Assembly: GCF_006345805.1 (NCBI RefSeq)
Contig: NW_021829868.1
Location: forward strand, 1 to 35,086
Direction: 5' to 3'
Source of the DNA: Octopus sinensis
Lineage: Eukaryota
Length of the DNA: 35,086 nt
Part shown: positions 1 through 11,586 of the stretch, in pieces
Numbering within the stretch: position 1 is the stretch's first letter
How the letters are laid out: the number at the start of each line of letters is the position of its first letter
Made by a program: the position numbers and the translations under genes
The notes under the pieces: generated by a model
The model's database searches: none
The model's input: only the letters and a program-made list of their open reading frames with translations
Told to the model about the DNA's origin: nothing

Positions 1-2830
1 GTGTTCGTTTTGCCACGTGAATAACCGGGTGGTGGACTAGCGTTGCTTGGAATTGTGAATGGAAGTGTAGTAGTGAGATAGGCATCGAGAATAGGTTTGG
101 GTTACTGCAAGTTGTTTGTTAGAGCTGCTTAGTGAGCTAAAGCTCATAATTGTATATAATGATTTTTCATGGTAGTTTTTTAAAGAATCCATTCATAATA
201 AATTTTTTAAGTAGTGTTGGTTTGCCACGTGGATATAGTTTTTAGTTCTATTTATTCTATTTCTCCATTCATAATTTAAATGACGTTTACTTTCCATGGC
301 GCGTATCTTTTTTTTTTTTTTTTTTTACATAAGTTATTTCTATGGTAACGTAATTTTGGTTTGATTTTTTTAACGGCTAAGAATTTAATTTCACTTCATA
401 ATTGAAACTGACTTGTAAGTATGTATTTTATTTATCCTTATGTCATATTGTTATTTTTGATATTCTGGTTAATTACGATGTATTTAATGTTGTTTTCATA
501 GGAGTGTTTATGTATATGAGATTGTGTGTGAGTTTTTAGTTGTATATTTATTTATCTGTATGAGTGTGGGTGTGTAAATATGTTGTATATATCGAGTTTA
601 GTGAGTATGTATATGCGTATATGTGAGGGAGTATATGTATTTGTTGTGTTTGTGTGTTTTGCGTGTGTGTGTGGTTGTGTGTGATGTGTATATGGGTTTG
701 TTATTTAGGTTTTGGGATGTATGTGTTAATATGTCTGTGTGGGGAGGGAGTGGGTTTTGGTGTATATGAGGTTTATAAGTTAGTATAGGTATGTGTATAA
801 TCGTGGGTCTGTGGTTTACGTGTGTGTATTTGTGTGTGAATGTTTAGGTTAGGGGGATTGCTATATAGGTTTGTTATAGAGTTTAGCAAAGGGAGATTTT
901 ATCGTTATATGTTTTTAAGAGTTTTGGTTTATCATGGTTTTTTTAGGGAATTCGTGGTAATTTGTCTACTTTCGATGTGGTTGTTTTATTGCATTGTTTC
1001 ATTCATAATTTTTGAGTGGTGTTCGTTTTGCCACGTGAATAACCGGTGGTGGACTAGCGTTGCTTGGAATTGTGAATGGAATAGTGTAGTAGTGAGATAG
1101 GCATCGAGAATAGGTTTGGGTTACTGCAAGTTGTTTGTATAAGCTGCTTAGGTGAGCTAAAGCTCATAATTGTATATAATGATTTTTCATGGTAGTTTTT
1201 TAAAGAATCCATTCATAATAAATTTTTTAAGTAGTGTTGGTTTGCCACGTGGATATAGTTTTTAGTTCTATTTATTCTATTTCTCCATTCATAATTTAAA
1301 TGACGTTTACTTTCCATGGCGCGTATTCTTTTTTTTTTTTTTTTTTACATAAGTTATTTCTATGGTAACGTAATTTTGGTTTGATTTTTTTAACGGCTAA
1401 GAATTTAATTTCACTTCATAATTTGAAACTGACTTGTAAGTATGTATTTTATTTATCCTTATGTCATATTGTTATTTTTGATATTCTGGTTAATTACGAT
1501 GTATTTAATGTTGTTTTCATAGGAGTGTTATGTATATGAGATTGTGTGTGAGTTTTTAGTTGTATGATTTATTTATCTGTGAGTGTGGGTGTGTAAATAT
1601 TGTTGTATATATCGAGTTTAGTGAGTATGTATATGCGTATATGTGAGGGAGTATATGTATCTGTTGTGTGTGTGTGTTTTGCGTGTGTGTGTGTTTGTGT
1701 GTGAATGTGTATATGGGTTTGTTATTTAGGTTTTGGGATGTATGTGTTAATTTGTCTGTGTGGGGGAGGGGTGGGTATTGGTGTATATTGAGGGTTATAA
1801 GTTAGTATAGGTATGTGTATAAGTCGTGGGTCTGTGGTTTACGTGTGTGGTATTTGTGTGTGAATGTTTTGGTTAGGGGGATTGCTATATAGGTTTATTA
1901 TAGAGTTTAGCAAAGGGAGATTTTATCGTTATATGTTTTTAAGAGTTTTGGTTTATCATGGTTTTTTTAGGGAATTTGTGGTAATTTGTCTATTTTCGAT
2001 GTTGGTTGTTTTATTACATTGTTTCATTCATAATTTTTGAGTGGTGTTCGTTTTGCCACGTGAATATTATTTTTAATTCCATTTATTCCATTTCTCCATT
2101 AATTAATTTAAAGATGTTCGTTTCCAGAGCGGTTATACTTTTTATACATATGTTAAGTTCCTTGGTAAAGTAATTTTGTTTGGTGTATATGTTGAGGCTT
2201 ATATGTACTTGTGGGTGTGTGTGAGTGGGGTGGGTGTTTGTATTTGTTATGGGTGTGTGGTTTAGTGTGTGTATTGTGTGTGAATGTATAGGTTAAAGGG
2301 ATTGCTATATAAGTATGTTATAGTGTTTAGTAAAGGAGGTTTTATCATTTCTGTTTTGTGAGTTTTAGCTTATCATGGTAGTTTATAAAAGAATCCATTC
2401 ATAATTTTGTGTTTATTTGTCTGTGTGGGGTGAGTGGGTTTTTTGGAGTATATGTTGAGGTTTATATGTATGTATTGGTATGTGTAAGTGGTTGGGTATT
2501 TGTATATGTCGTGGGTGTGTGGTTTACGTGTCTGTATTTGTGTGTGAATGTTTAAGTTAGGGGATTGCTATATAGGTTGTTATAGAGTTTAGTAAAGGGA
2601 GATTTTATCATTATATGTTTTATGAGTTTTGGTTTATCATGGTAGGTTTGTTAAGGAATTCGTAGTAATTTGTGTCTATTTGCGATGTCTGTTGTTTTAT
2701 TGCATTGTTTCATTCATAATTTTTAAGTAGTGTTCGTTTACCAAGTGAATATAATTTTTAATTCCATTTATTCCATTTCTCCGTTCATAGTTTTGAGTGA
2801 TGTCCGTTTTCTAGAGCGTGAATGGGGGTT
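1..2830. repeat. ~1.02-kb GT-rich tandem repeat (2 near-identical units plus degenerate partial units)
   Basis: GTGTTCGTTTTGCCACGTGAAT recurs at 1, 1019 and 2044, with a variant at 2730. Units 1 and 2 differ mainly by small indels. Internal sub-repeats are present. Confidence 0.9.
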
Positions 2831-3219
2831 GTATGTGTGTGTGTGGGAGTATGAATAAGTATTGTGTTTTATAGTTGCCTAGACGTTTTTATGTGTATGT
2901 ATAGGGATATATATATAGGTGTGTGATTTAGTGTATGTAGTTAGATATGGTTATATATAATAGGTATATGTGATGGGTGTATATATAGTTTATTATTATA
3001 TTATTATTATTTTTTTGTTTTGTTTTATATTTTATATTTTATATTTTATATTTAATTGTTGATAGGTTTTTTTTAGTTTATATATTGTTTATATATTGAT
3101 TATATATGGATTATATATAGGTTATATATGGATTATATATTTATATTTTTCATTCATACTTTAATTATTTAAAATTATTATTTTTATATTTTAAAATATT
3201 GATATTTTAGATTGGAAGT

Positions 3220-3262
3220 CCACCTGAAGATTGTCGATCAAGACAAGAAACGATTGTAGTGG
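3220..3262 (+). ncRNA. Minimal type I hammerhead ribozyme (Penelope-like element/retrozyme type)
   Basis: CCAC-CTGAAGA-TTGTC(gatcaa)GACAA-GAAA-CGATTG-TA-GTGG. Stem I is CCAC/GTGG, core is CUGANGA plus GAAA, stem II is 5 bp, stem III is near-palindromic, and the GUA cleavage triplet ends at 3258. The 10.1-11.1 pair is U-A rather than the usual G-C. Confidence 0.75.
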
Positions 3263-3356
3263 CGGTTTTTTTGACTATTTATTAAAATTTTATGTATTGA
3301 TTAAGTCTTTCCTTGTTTGTTTTGCAAAATAGTGGTTTTGTCTCTAATAATATTAT

Positions 3357-4084
<728 letters not shown>

Positions 4085-4149
4085 CATTTATCTGCCAGTT
4101 ATGAGGAAACAAAGTAGTTGGTGGAGTTATCATATGTAAGAATGCATAA

Positions 4150-4366
4150 TCCTTTTTCTATTATTGGTACAAGGCCTGAAATTTTTTGGTGAGGGAAATA
4201 GTCGATTAAATCAACTCAGCGCTTCACTGGTACTGGTTTTATCAACCCCGGAAAGATGGAATGTAAAGGCAACCTCAGAAGCATTTGGACTCAGAAAATA
4301 AGGATGGACAAAATGTTGTTAGACATTTTGTCCGGCGTGCTGACCGTTCTGCCTACTTGGCACCTT
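4150..4366 (-). mobile_element. Old diverged SINE, family-B-like (counterpart at ~23590-23805)
   Basis: Degenerate match to the family B body (ACTGGTAC..TTATCAACCCCG..AAAGGCAA..CTCAG) and head. Confidence 0.6.
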
Positions 4367-4392
4367 TGTCGAAAGTAAATAAAAAAATGTAC

Positions 4393-4563
4393 CTGAGTTA
4401 CTGCTACAACAAATAGTAATGATCACTGCACATAATATTGCTATTAGTACACCGATGATAGATAATTTGTTTTCTTTATCTTCGATGTTAATGACTTTTT
4501 CCGATCTTTTCTTTTTTCATCAGCCTCTTGATCAGCTCCTCCAGTACCTCCACAAGGCATCAT
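4393..4563 (-). pseudogene. Exon 1 of TNF-ligand paralog A (cytoplasmic tail plus TM helix), disrupted as assembled
   Basis: Corrected translation MMPCGGTGGADQEADEKRKDRKKSLTSKIKENKLSIIGVLIAILCAVIITIVVAVTQ, donor CAG|GTACAT. Relative to 23832-23990 it has a -1 (GG>G) and a +1 (TT>TTT) indel giving an in-frame TAA, so it is a pseudogene or an assembly error. Confidence 0.8.
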
Positions 4564-4591
4564 TGTAATGTATCATTCACAATAGCTTGTC

Positions 4592-4627
4592 GAATGAAGC
4601 GAGATTAAGTTTAGTCAGCTTTATATA
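4592..4627 (-). promoter_or_regulatory. TATA box plus Inr core promoter of paralog A
   Basis: Minus-strand TATATAAAG (4627-4619) with TCATTC Inr-like A at 4595, 30 nt downstream of TATAAA and ~30 nt upstream of the ATG. Confidence 0.65.
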
Positions 4628-5035
4628 GTGCAATGACATGAATGAGACTTCATTGACACACCTCCTGTCACTCCTCTCTTTCTAGTACTTTCTTACTAAC
4701 TCAACTGCGCTCTCTCCCCGTCTCTATCTTCTCTCTCCCCTCTTGTCTTTCACTTTCTATCTCTTCTCGTCACTCCTCTCTTTCTCTCTCCCTTTCTATC
4801 TCCTCTCTCCCCCTCTCTATCTTCTCTTTCCTCTCTTAATCTTTCGCTTCTATCTCTTCCTGTCACTCCTCTCTTTCTTTCTCCCCTCTCTATCTCCTCT
4901 CGCTCTTTGTCCTTCTCTCTCTTTCTTTTCTATTCTTTTCTATCTCTCCTCCAATCACATTTACTTAATTTACTTATATCCAGTTTTTTTATAATTTTTT
5001 TTTTTTTTTGCAATTGGCAATAGAAACAGTATCAA

Positions 5036-5228
5036 TACCCTTTCTACTATAGGCGCAAGACCTGGAATTTGGTGGGGAGAGGTTTCACCAGTGTTTCACT
5101 GGTACTCATTTTTATGAGCCCGAAAGGACGAAAGGCAAAGTCAAGCTCAGTGGAACTCAGAACGTAGCAGACAAAATACCCCAAAGCATCTTGCCTGCCG
5201 GGCTAACGATTCTGCCAGCTTGCTGCCC
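5036..5228 (-). mobile_element. Old diverged SINE, family-B-like (counterpart at ~24835-25025)
   Basis: Contains CCCGAAAGGACGAAAGGCAAAGTC..GAACTCAGAACGTAGCAGAC and head GCTAACGATTCTGCCAGCT. Confidence 0.65.
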
Positions 5229-5355
5229 TAATAATAATAATAACAACAACAACAATTATAATGATAAATAATAATAACAATTATAACAACAACAACAACA
5301 ACAATAATAATAATAACAATGATAATAATAATACTAATAACAACAACAAAAAAAA

Positions 5356-5570
5356 TATTCAGACAAATACATAACAAAAACACCAGGACTTACAAACACA
5401 TATAACATACAGAAAATTGCACTAGTAGGCACTGCACACATCCTACGCAGAACACTTTCCATACAATAACCATCAGAGCATCACAACAAATCACAGCACA
5501 TACCCAAGGCACACAGAGCTGTGCTCGGTAGTGAAGTGAAAGCACGCTATAAAAATAAAACTACTGAATA
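5356..5570 (+). mobile_element. 3' fragment of RLE-type non-LTR retrotransposon (R4/Dong-like) inside (AAT)n
   Basis: Reads YSDKYITKTPGLTNTYNIQKIALVGTAHILRRTLSIQ*, resembling the C-terminal QKxxLLGTAxILRxxL motif of RLE LINEs. It is followed by a short 3' UTR and an (AAT)n tail, and is absent from duplicate copy B. Confidence 0.7.
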
Positions 5571-5709
5571 ATAATAATAATAATAATAACAGCAACAACA
5601 ATAATAATGATAATAATAATAATAACAACAACAACAATAATAATCATAATAAAAATGATAATAATAATAATAATGATAATAATAATAATAATAATAATAA
5701 CAATGATAA

Positions 5710-6130
5710 GCTTGTCAGTTGTTTGACCTTAACCAGTTGAGCATGTCCCTTAGTGGCTGACGATATGTGCATCTCTGATCACGAGCAGAAGTAGTGGGGG
5801 AGCATTATAGCCACGTGTTGAGAAGGATTCTTTGGGGTTTGAATAATTCACCTCTGGAAACATGGGTGTTTCGTTCAACGTCCTTAAACAACCCTTATTC
5901 AGGGACCTTTTGAGCGGGATGGGTTACTCGATCTGAAGAAAATTCTAACTGGGCTCCACCTGCAAGGTCATGTGCTGTTTATCTTGATATGAGATCACCA
6001 TGTCGCGCACATATGGTTGTGATGCATGTGCCTGGTGTACCCTTATCAGACGGGTAGTCATGATGGGTATACTGGGCTTCGTATATTTTACCCCAGTGTC
6101 ACTTTGATGGCATGCTCTGCTCACTCACTC
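5710..6130 (+). mobile_element. 5'-truncated copy of a non-coding (AAT)n-tailed retroposon
   Basis: About 90% match by eye to the 3' part of 6158-6709. Ends in CTCACTC(AAT)n. Confidence 0.7.
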
Positions 6131-6157
6131 AATAATAATAATAATAATAATAATAAT

Positions 6158-6709
6158 GCCCTGATGCAGTACCAGGCAGTGGTTCTCATGGTTTCTGATC
6201 TTAACTGATTGGAAGTGTTATCATGTACATTGTTTTGTCTTGGTATAAAGGATGGGCTACAGCAAATATTCTGCTCAATACCAGATTTGCTTATCAGTTG
6301 TTTGACTTTAACCACTTGACCAAGTTTTCTAGTTGCTGACGATATGTGCGTCTCTGATCACGAGCAGAAGTAGTGGGGGAGCATCATAGCCATGTGTCGA
6401 GAGGGATTCTTTGGGGTTTGAATAATTCACCTCAGGAAACATGGGTGTTTCGTTCAACATCCTTAAACAACCCTTACTCAGGGACCTTTTGAGCAGGATG
6501 GGTTACTCGACCAGCAGAAAATTCTAACTGGGCCCCACTTGCAAGGTCATGTGTTGTTTATCTTGATATGAGATCATCATGTCGTGCACATATGGTTGTG
6601 ATGCATGTGCCTGGTGTACCCTTATCAGACGGGTAGTCATGATGGGTATATTGGGCTTCGTATATTTTACCCCGGTGTCACATTGATGGCAGGCATTGCT
6701 CTCTCACTC
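6158..6709 (+). mobile_element. ~550-bp non-coding (AAT)n-tailed retroposon, longer copy
   Basis: Flanked by AAT/GAT repeats on both sides, tandem with 5710-6130, and absent from duplicate copy B. Confidence 0.7.
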
Positions 6710-6765
6710 AATAATGATAATAATAATGATGATGATGATGATGATGATGATAATGCTTTCTACCA

Positions 6766-7908
6766 AAGGCACAAGGTCTGAAATTTGTAGGGAGGGAACC
6801 AGTTTATGACATTGACCCTGATCATTCACTTGTATTTCATTTATCAACCCCAGAAGAATGTAAGGCAAAGTAGACTTGAGCGGAATTTGAACTCAGAATG
6901 TAAAGATGGATGAAATATTGCTAAGCATTTCGCCTGGCCTGCTAACGTTTCTTATTTCTTTATTGCCCACAAGGGGCTAAACATAGAGGGGACAAACAAG
7001 GACAGACAAACGGATTAAGTCGATTACATCGCCCCCAGTGCATAACAGGTACTTATTTTATCGACCCCGAAAGGATGAAAGGCAAAGTCGACCTCGGCGG
7101 AATTTGAACTCAGAATGTAACAACAGACGAAATACCTATTTCTTTATTGCCCACAAGGGGCTAAACATAGAGGGGACAAACAAGGACAGACAAAGGGATT
7201 AAGTTGATTACATTGATCCCAGTGCGTAACAGGTACTTAATTTATCGACTCCGAAAGGATGAAAGGCAAAGTCGACCTCGGCAGAATTTGAACTCAGAAT
7301 GTAACAACAGACGAAATACCTATTTCTTTATTGCCCACAGGGGCTAAACATAGAGGGGACAAACAAGGACAGACAAGGGATTAGTTGATTACATTGATCC
7401 CAGTGCGTAACAGGTACTTAATTATCGACTCCGAAGGATGAAAGGCAAAGTCGACCTCGGCGGAATTTGAACTCAGAACGTAACAACAGACGAAATACCT
7501 ATTTCTTTATTGCCCACAAGGGGCTAAACACAGAGGGGACAAACAAGAACAGACAAAGGGATTAAGTCGATTACATCGCCCCCAGTGCGTAACAGGTACT
7601 TAATTTATCGACTCCGAAAGGATGAAAGGCAAAGTCGACCTCGGCGGAATTTGAACTCAGAACGTAACGGCAGACGAAATACCTATTTCTTTATTGCCCA
7701 CAAGGGGCTAAACATAGAGGGGACAAACAAGGACAGACAAAGGGATTAAGTTGATTACATTGATCCCAGTACGTAACTGGTACTTAATTTATCGACCCCG
7801 AAAGGATGAAAGACTAAGTCGACCTCGACGGAATTTGATCTCAGAACGTAACGGCATACGAAATACTGCCAAGCATTTCACACGGCATGCTAATGATTCT
7901 GCCAGCTC
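6766..7908 (-). mobile_element. SINE family B multimer: 5 tandem ~182-bp units followed (on the minus strand) by an older related SINE
   Basis: Units begin TATTTCTTTATTGCCCAC at ~6954, 7136, 7319, 7499 and 7682. Only the last carries the tRNA-like head. B-box-like GAGTTCAAATTCC is in each unit. Confidence 0.9.
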
Positions 7909-8047
7909 AACATCCTAACAACAATAATGATATGACTGAGGAACAGAGAAATCTCAGGAAAAGACTCATGGACGTAAGAATTGCATGAACAGAGACCAAG
8001 TCGGTGAATTTAAGTAACATGTGAAACACGTGTATAAGTATGTGTAT

Positions 8048-8088
<41 letters not shown>

Positions 8089-8092
8089 GCAT

Positions 8093-8490
8093 ACTCTCTT
8101 TTACTTCTTTCAGTCATTTGACTGCGGCCATGCTGGAGCACCGCCTTTTTTAGTCGAGCAAATGGACCCCGGACTTATTCTTGTAAGCCCAGTACTTATT
8201 CTATCGGTCTCTTTTGCCGAACCGCTAAGTGACGGGGACGTAAACTCACCAGCATCGGTTATCAAGCAATGCTAGGGGGATAAACACAGACACACAAACA
8301 CACATACATATATATATATATATATACATATATACGACAGGCTTCTTTCAGTTTCCGTCAACCAAATCCACTCACAAGGCATTGGTTGGCCCGGGGCTAT
8401 AGCAGAAGACACTTGCCCAAGATGCCACGCAGTGGGACTGAACCCGGAACAATGTGGTTGGTTAGCAAGCTACTTACCACACAGCCACTC
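8093..8490 (-). mobile_element. SINE family A (tRNA-derived, CORE-like, ~400 bp)
   Basis: Head ..GAGTGGCTGTGTGGTAAG, B-box GGTTCAGTCCC, CORE-like CTTGGGCAAGTGTC, internal TA/CA tract and (AGAGTAAA)n tail. Confidence 0.9.
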
Positions 8491-8500
8491 AATAAATAAA

Positions 8501-8902
8501 TCTTTATATATAAAAGAGAAGTTGTGTGTCTGTCTCCTACGATTTAGATTCCTAACTACTCCCACATTTTGCAGTGCAGTTTTACCAAAACCGGGTATCT
8601 TATAGTCGTGATTCATATCGAGCCCTTCTGGGTATTAGCGCACATCTACAATGAGTCTATGATTTAAAAAAAAATTTACCATCATTTTTTTCCATTTTAA
8701 TGCATTTTTATCGCAATTATATAAGGGAAGTAACTCTCTAAAAATGTCTACGATGAGTCAACGATTTAAAAAAAAAATTACCATCATTTTTTTTTTCCAT
8801 TTCTAATGCATTTTTTTTGCTATTTTTTGGCTATAATTCTCTAAAAATGCTTATTTAGTTATTTCCCTTACAAACCCGAGCAACAACGGGCGATACTGCT
8901 AG
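8501..8902 (+). mobile_element. Non-autonomous Helitron
   Basis: Starts TC, ends CTAG after the hairpin CCCG-AGCAACAA-CGGG, inserted between A and T with no TSD. The empty site AATAAATAAA|TATTATATA is at 27097/27098. Confidence 0.9.
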
Positions 8903-9170
8903 TATTATATAAAAAAATGACCGACATGGTCTGATGGCAAAACCATACACTACTTAAACATAAGGGAAAAGCTGGATGAATAAATCTGACAGTATTTGCG
9001 GCGAGCATATAAAAATGCCACAGATATACGGTAGGGAAGAGAAAAAAGGTTAGAATCTACAATTGACTCTACCACAAGTTGGCTGAACATTTTATGAAAC
9101 ACAGTGTGACAAAAGATCAAACAGAAACAAGGGACTTGATCAGACCCGCTTCAATTTTAGTAGGTGAACT

Positions 9171-9586
9171 GGATCTTTTCGGTTTGAACGGCAGTTTTTT
9201 CTAGCGGTGTCATATGAAATTGTCACCCATAATTATGACCCTAGTATCGATCTATTGCATTTCAATCTGTTTTAGGGTTAGGGGTGGGGGAGAAGGGTAT
9301 CTTTTTTTTCTTCACAAATGTAAATAAACTCAATCTGTTTCTTAAACGAGGGACATATTCATGCAGCACAGAATGTTTTTTTACCTCAATAGACGTCAGT
9401 GATTGGTTGAAATTGCAGAAATTGAAGAAAAAACAACAACAAATATCTTACAAACTATAGAATTTTCTCAATAAAGCCAAGAGAAAAAGATGTTTTATAA
9501 ACACATTCTACCAGTATATGAAGTTTAAAAGTGTTTCGTTACGTGGACATTATTTTAAAAAACTGCCGTTCAAACCGAAAAGATCC
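9171..9586. mobile_element. MITE with 30-bp TIRs, GG termini and 8-bp TSD (Merlin-like)
   Basis: TIR GGATCTTTTCGGTTTGAACGGCAGTTTTTT. TSD GGTGAACT at 9163-9170 and 9587-9594. Confidence 0.9.
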
Positions 9587-9920
9587 GGTGAACTGGTTGG
9601 AAAGAAAGAGAGGAATATAGGTGGACAGTAGGAGCCATGATGGAAGTGGGGAACTGAAGGTGACATTCTAACTCTGCGTAAAGATCTGAGCTGCATAGAA
9701 AAATTGTCAAAAGGGCAATGGAAAAATGGAAAAGAAAGTGCAAGGGTGTGTGGTACCAAATAGAAAAGAAAGGGTTCAAAACTGTCATCGAAACCCTAAA
9801 ACGAGTCCATCATGGTTTGAAAATTACTTGTATTTTATATACTTATCAAAATTAAAACGAACCTTCCTATATTGTTGGGATTATTGGGTGTGTACATGTG
9901 TGTGTATGTGTGTGTGTATG

Positions 9921-9952
<32 letters not shown>

Positions 9953-10064
9953 AACAACCAATAAGGGTGAGAAATTTTTATACTAATTTAATAGTACATC
10001 CATTTAACACCTAGTGACTTAGTGCATATAAGAAACCCGGATTTTCATACATTTTATATATAAA

Positions 10065-10174
10065 TATAAGAGAGCGACCACTATGTAGTTGTGCTAATAT
10101 TCACTGGAGACATTTTTTATGTGGCTGAAGCCCAATGGTCTATTTTTAGTGCTCATAGTGGTCGCTCTCTTATA
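10065..10174. mobile_element. Tiny TA-flanked MITE-like inverted repeat
   Basis: Perfect 21-bp inverted repeat TATAAGAGAGCGACCACTATG (10065-10085) / CATAGTGGTCGCTCTCTTATA (10154-10174). Confidence 0.7.
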
Positions 10175-10233
10175 TATATATATCATCATCATCATATATA
10201 TATATATATATACATACATACATATAGATTCAC

Positions 10234-10267
<34 letters not shown>

Positions 10268-10703
10268 ATATATATATGATAATAATATAAGTATATGCAT
10301 ATATATATATTCATAAATATATGCATATATACATACATATATTTATATACCTACACATATATACAAGCACATATGAGTACAGGACATAAAAATAACGTTG
10401 AACACAATGAGAAACGAAAACATAGAAAACGAACTTTTTTTCAAACAACAAAAAAACTAAACAGAGAAATGCGACATGCACCATAAAGAGTATTCCCCTT
10501 CATCAGTTGTCCCTGTTTCATCTACTCCGCGCTTCAAAGGTAATTTTTTTTGTTGATGTCCTGTACCCATATATGCATGTATATATACATATATATGTAG
10601 GTATGTACATATATGTATGTATATATATGCATATATTTATACATTATTTATAGTATATAATCGAACGCCGTGCACCCTTTTCCAAGTGAGTTTTATCTTT
10701 ATA

Positions 10704-11497
10704 TACGAGGGACGTTCAATAAGTAATGCCTCTGACCCACTTGCAGTTGTTTGATCTAGCTGAAATTTTGCATGTGCAATTATTTATATCTCTATAGAGT
10801 AAGTGGCAAATTACAGCTCTGAATTAATTGTGGTTTCTGATTTACAGGTGTTTGAACCGAGTCAAGTGTGAAATGGAGCCTGTTGAGTGTCGAGCAGTGA
10901 TCCGGTTTTTGTATTTGAAAGGACGCACACCACGTGAGACTTTTGATGAAATGAAAGTAACTTATGGTGATGATGCCCCATCATATGACCGTGTAAAACG
11001 CTGGCATCGTGAATTCAAACATGGTCAGAACTCTGTGGAAACAGCTCCCAGATCTGGTCGCCCCTTCTGCCATTGATGAGGCGTCTGTCCGTCAAGTTGA
11101 GGCTGCCATTTTGGAAGATCAACGCATAATTATTCGCCAAATAGCCCATGAGGTCAAGATTAGTACCGGGTCTGTGGAAGCTATCATTCATGACCATTTG
11201 CATATGCAAAAGGTGTCTGCCAGATAGATTTCCAGGTTGCTCACGCCTTTCCAGAAGCAAGAACGCGTCGAGTTCTCGAGGGTGAATTTGGAGATGTGCC
11301 AAGAAGATGAGTCAAAATTTTTCAAAAGACTGATTACACAGGATGAAACCTGGGTCCATCACGATGATCCAGAGGCCAAAGCCCAGTCAATGCAGTGGAA
11401 GCACCGTGACTCACCCCCTCCAAAGAAGGCAAGGGTACAGCCCTCCGCTGGCAAGGTCATGCTCACAGTCTTCTGGGACCAGGACGGAGTAGTGATG
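10704..11497 (+). pseudogene. Mariner transposon, 5' half: TIR plus decayed transposase, 3'-truncated
   Basis: TACGAGGG..TTCAATAAGTAATGC TIR-like start after TA. ATG at 10873 gives MEPVECRAVIRFL..VKRWHREFK..PRSGRP, then a frameshift, KVSAR*IPRLLT and ITQDETWV..GKVMLTVFWD. It is cut off before the remaining catalytic Asp residues. Confidence 0.92.
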
Positions 11498-11586
11498 AAT
11501 AAGTCCTGGGGTCGATTCCTCGACTAAAAGGTGGTGCTCCAGCATGGCCACAGTCAAATGACTGAAACAAGTAAAAGAGTAAGAGT
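11498..11586 (+). mobile_element. SINE family A 3' tail fragment truncating the mariner
   Basis: AATAAGTCCTGGGGTCGAT..CCAGCATGGCCACAGTCAAATGACTGAAACAAGTAAAAGAGTA matches the family A tail. Confidence 0.85.

Noticed and set aside
10485-10525. Minus-strand GAAA..CTGATGA as a hammerhead
   Set aside because: Only 9 nt lie between GAAA and CUGAUGA and there is no downstream stem II/GAAA, so the topology cannot form.
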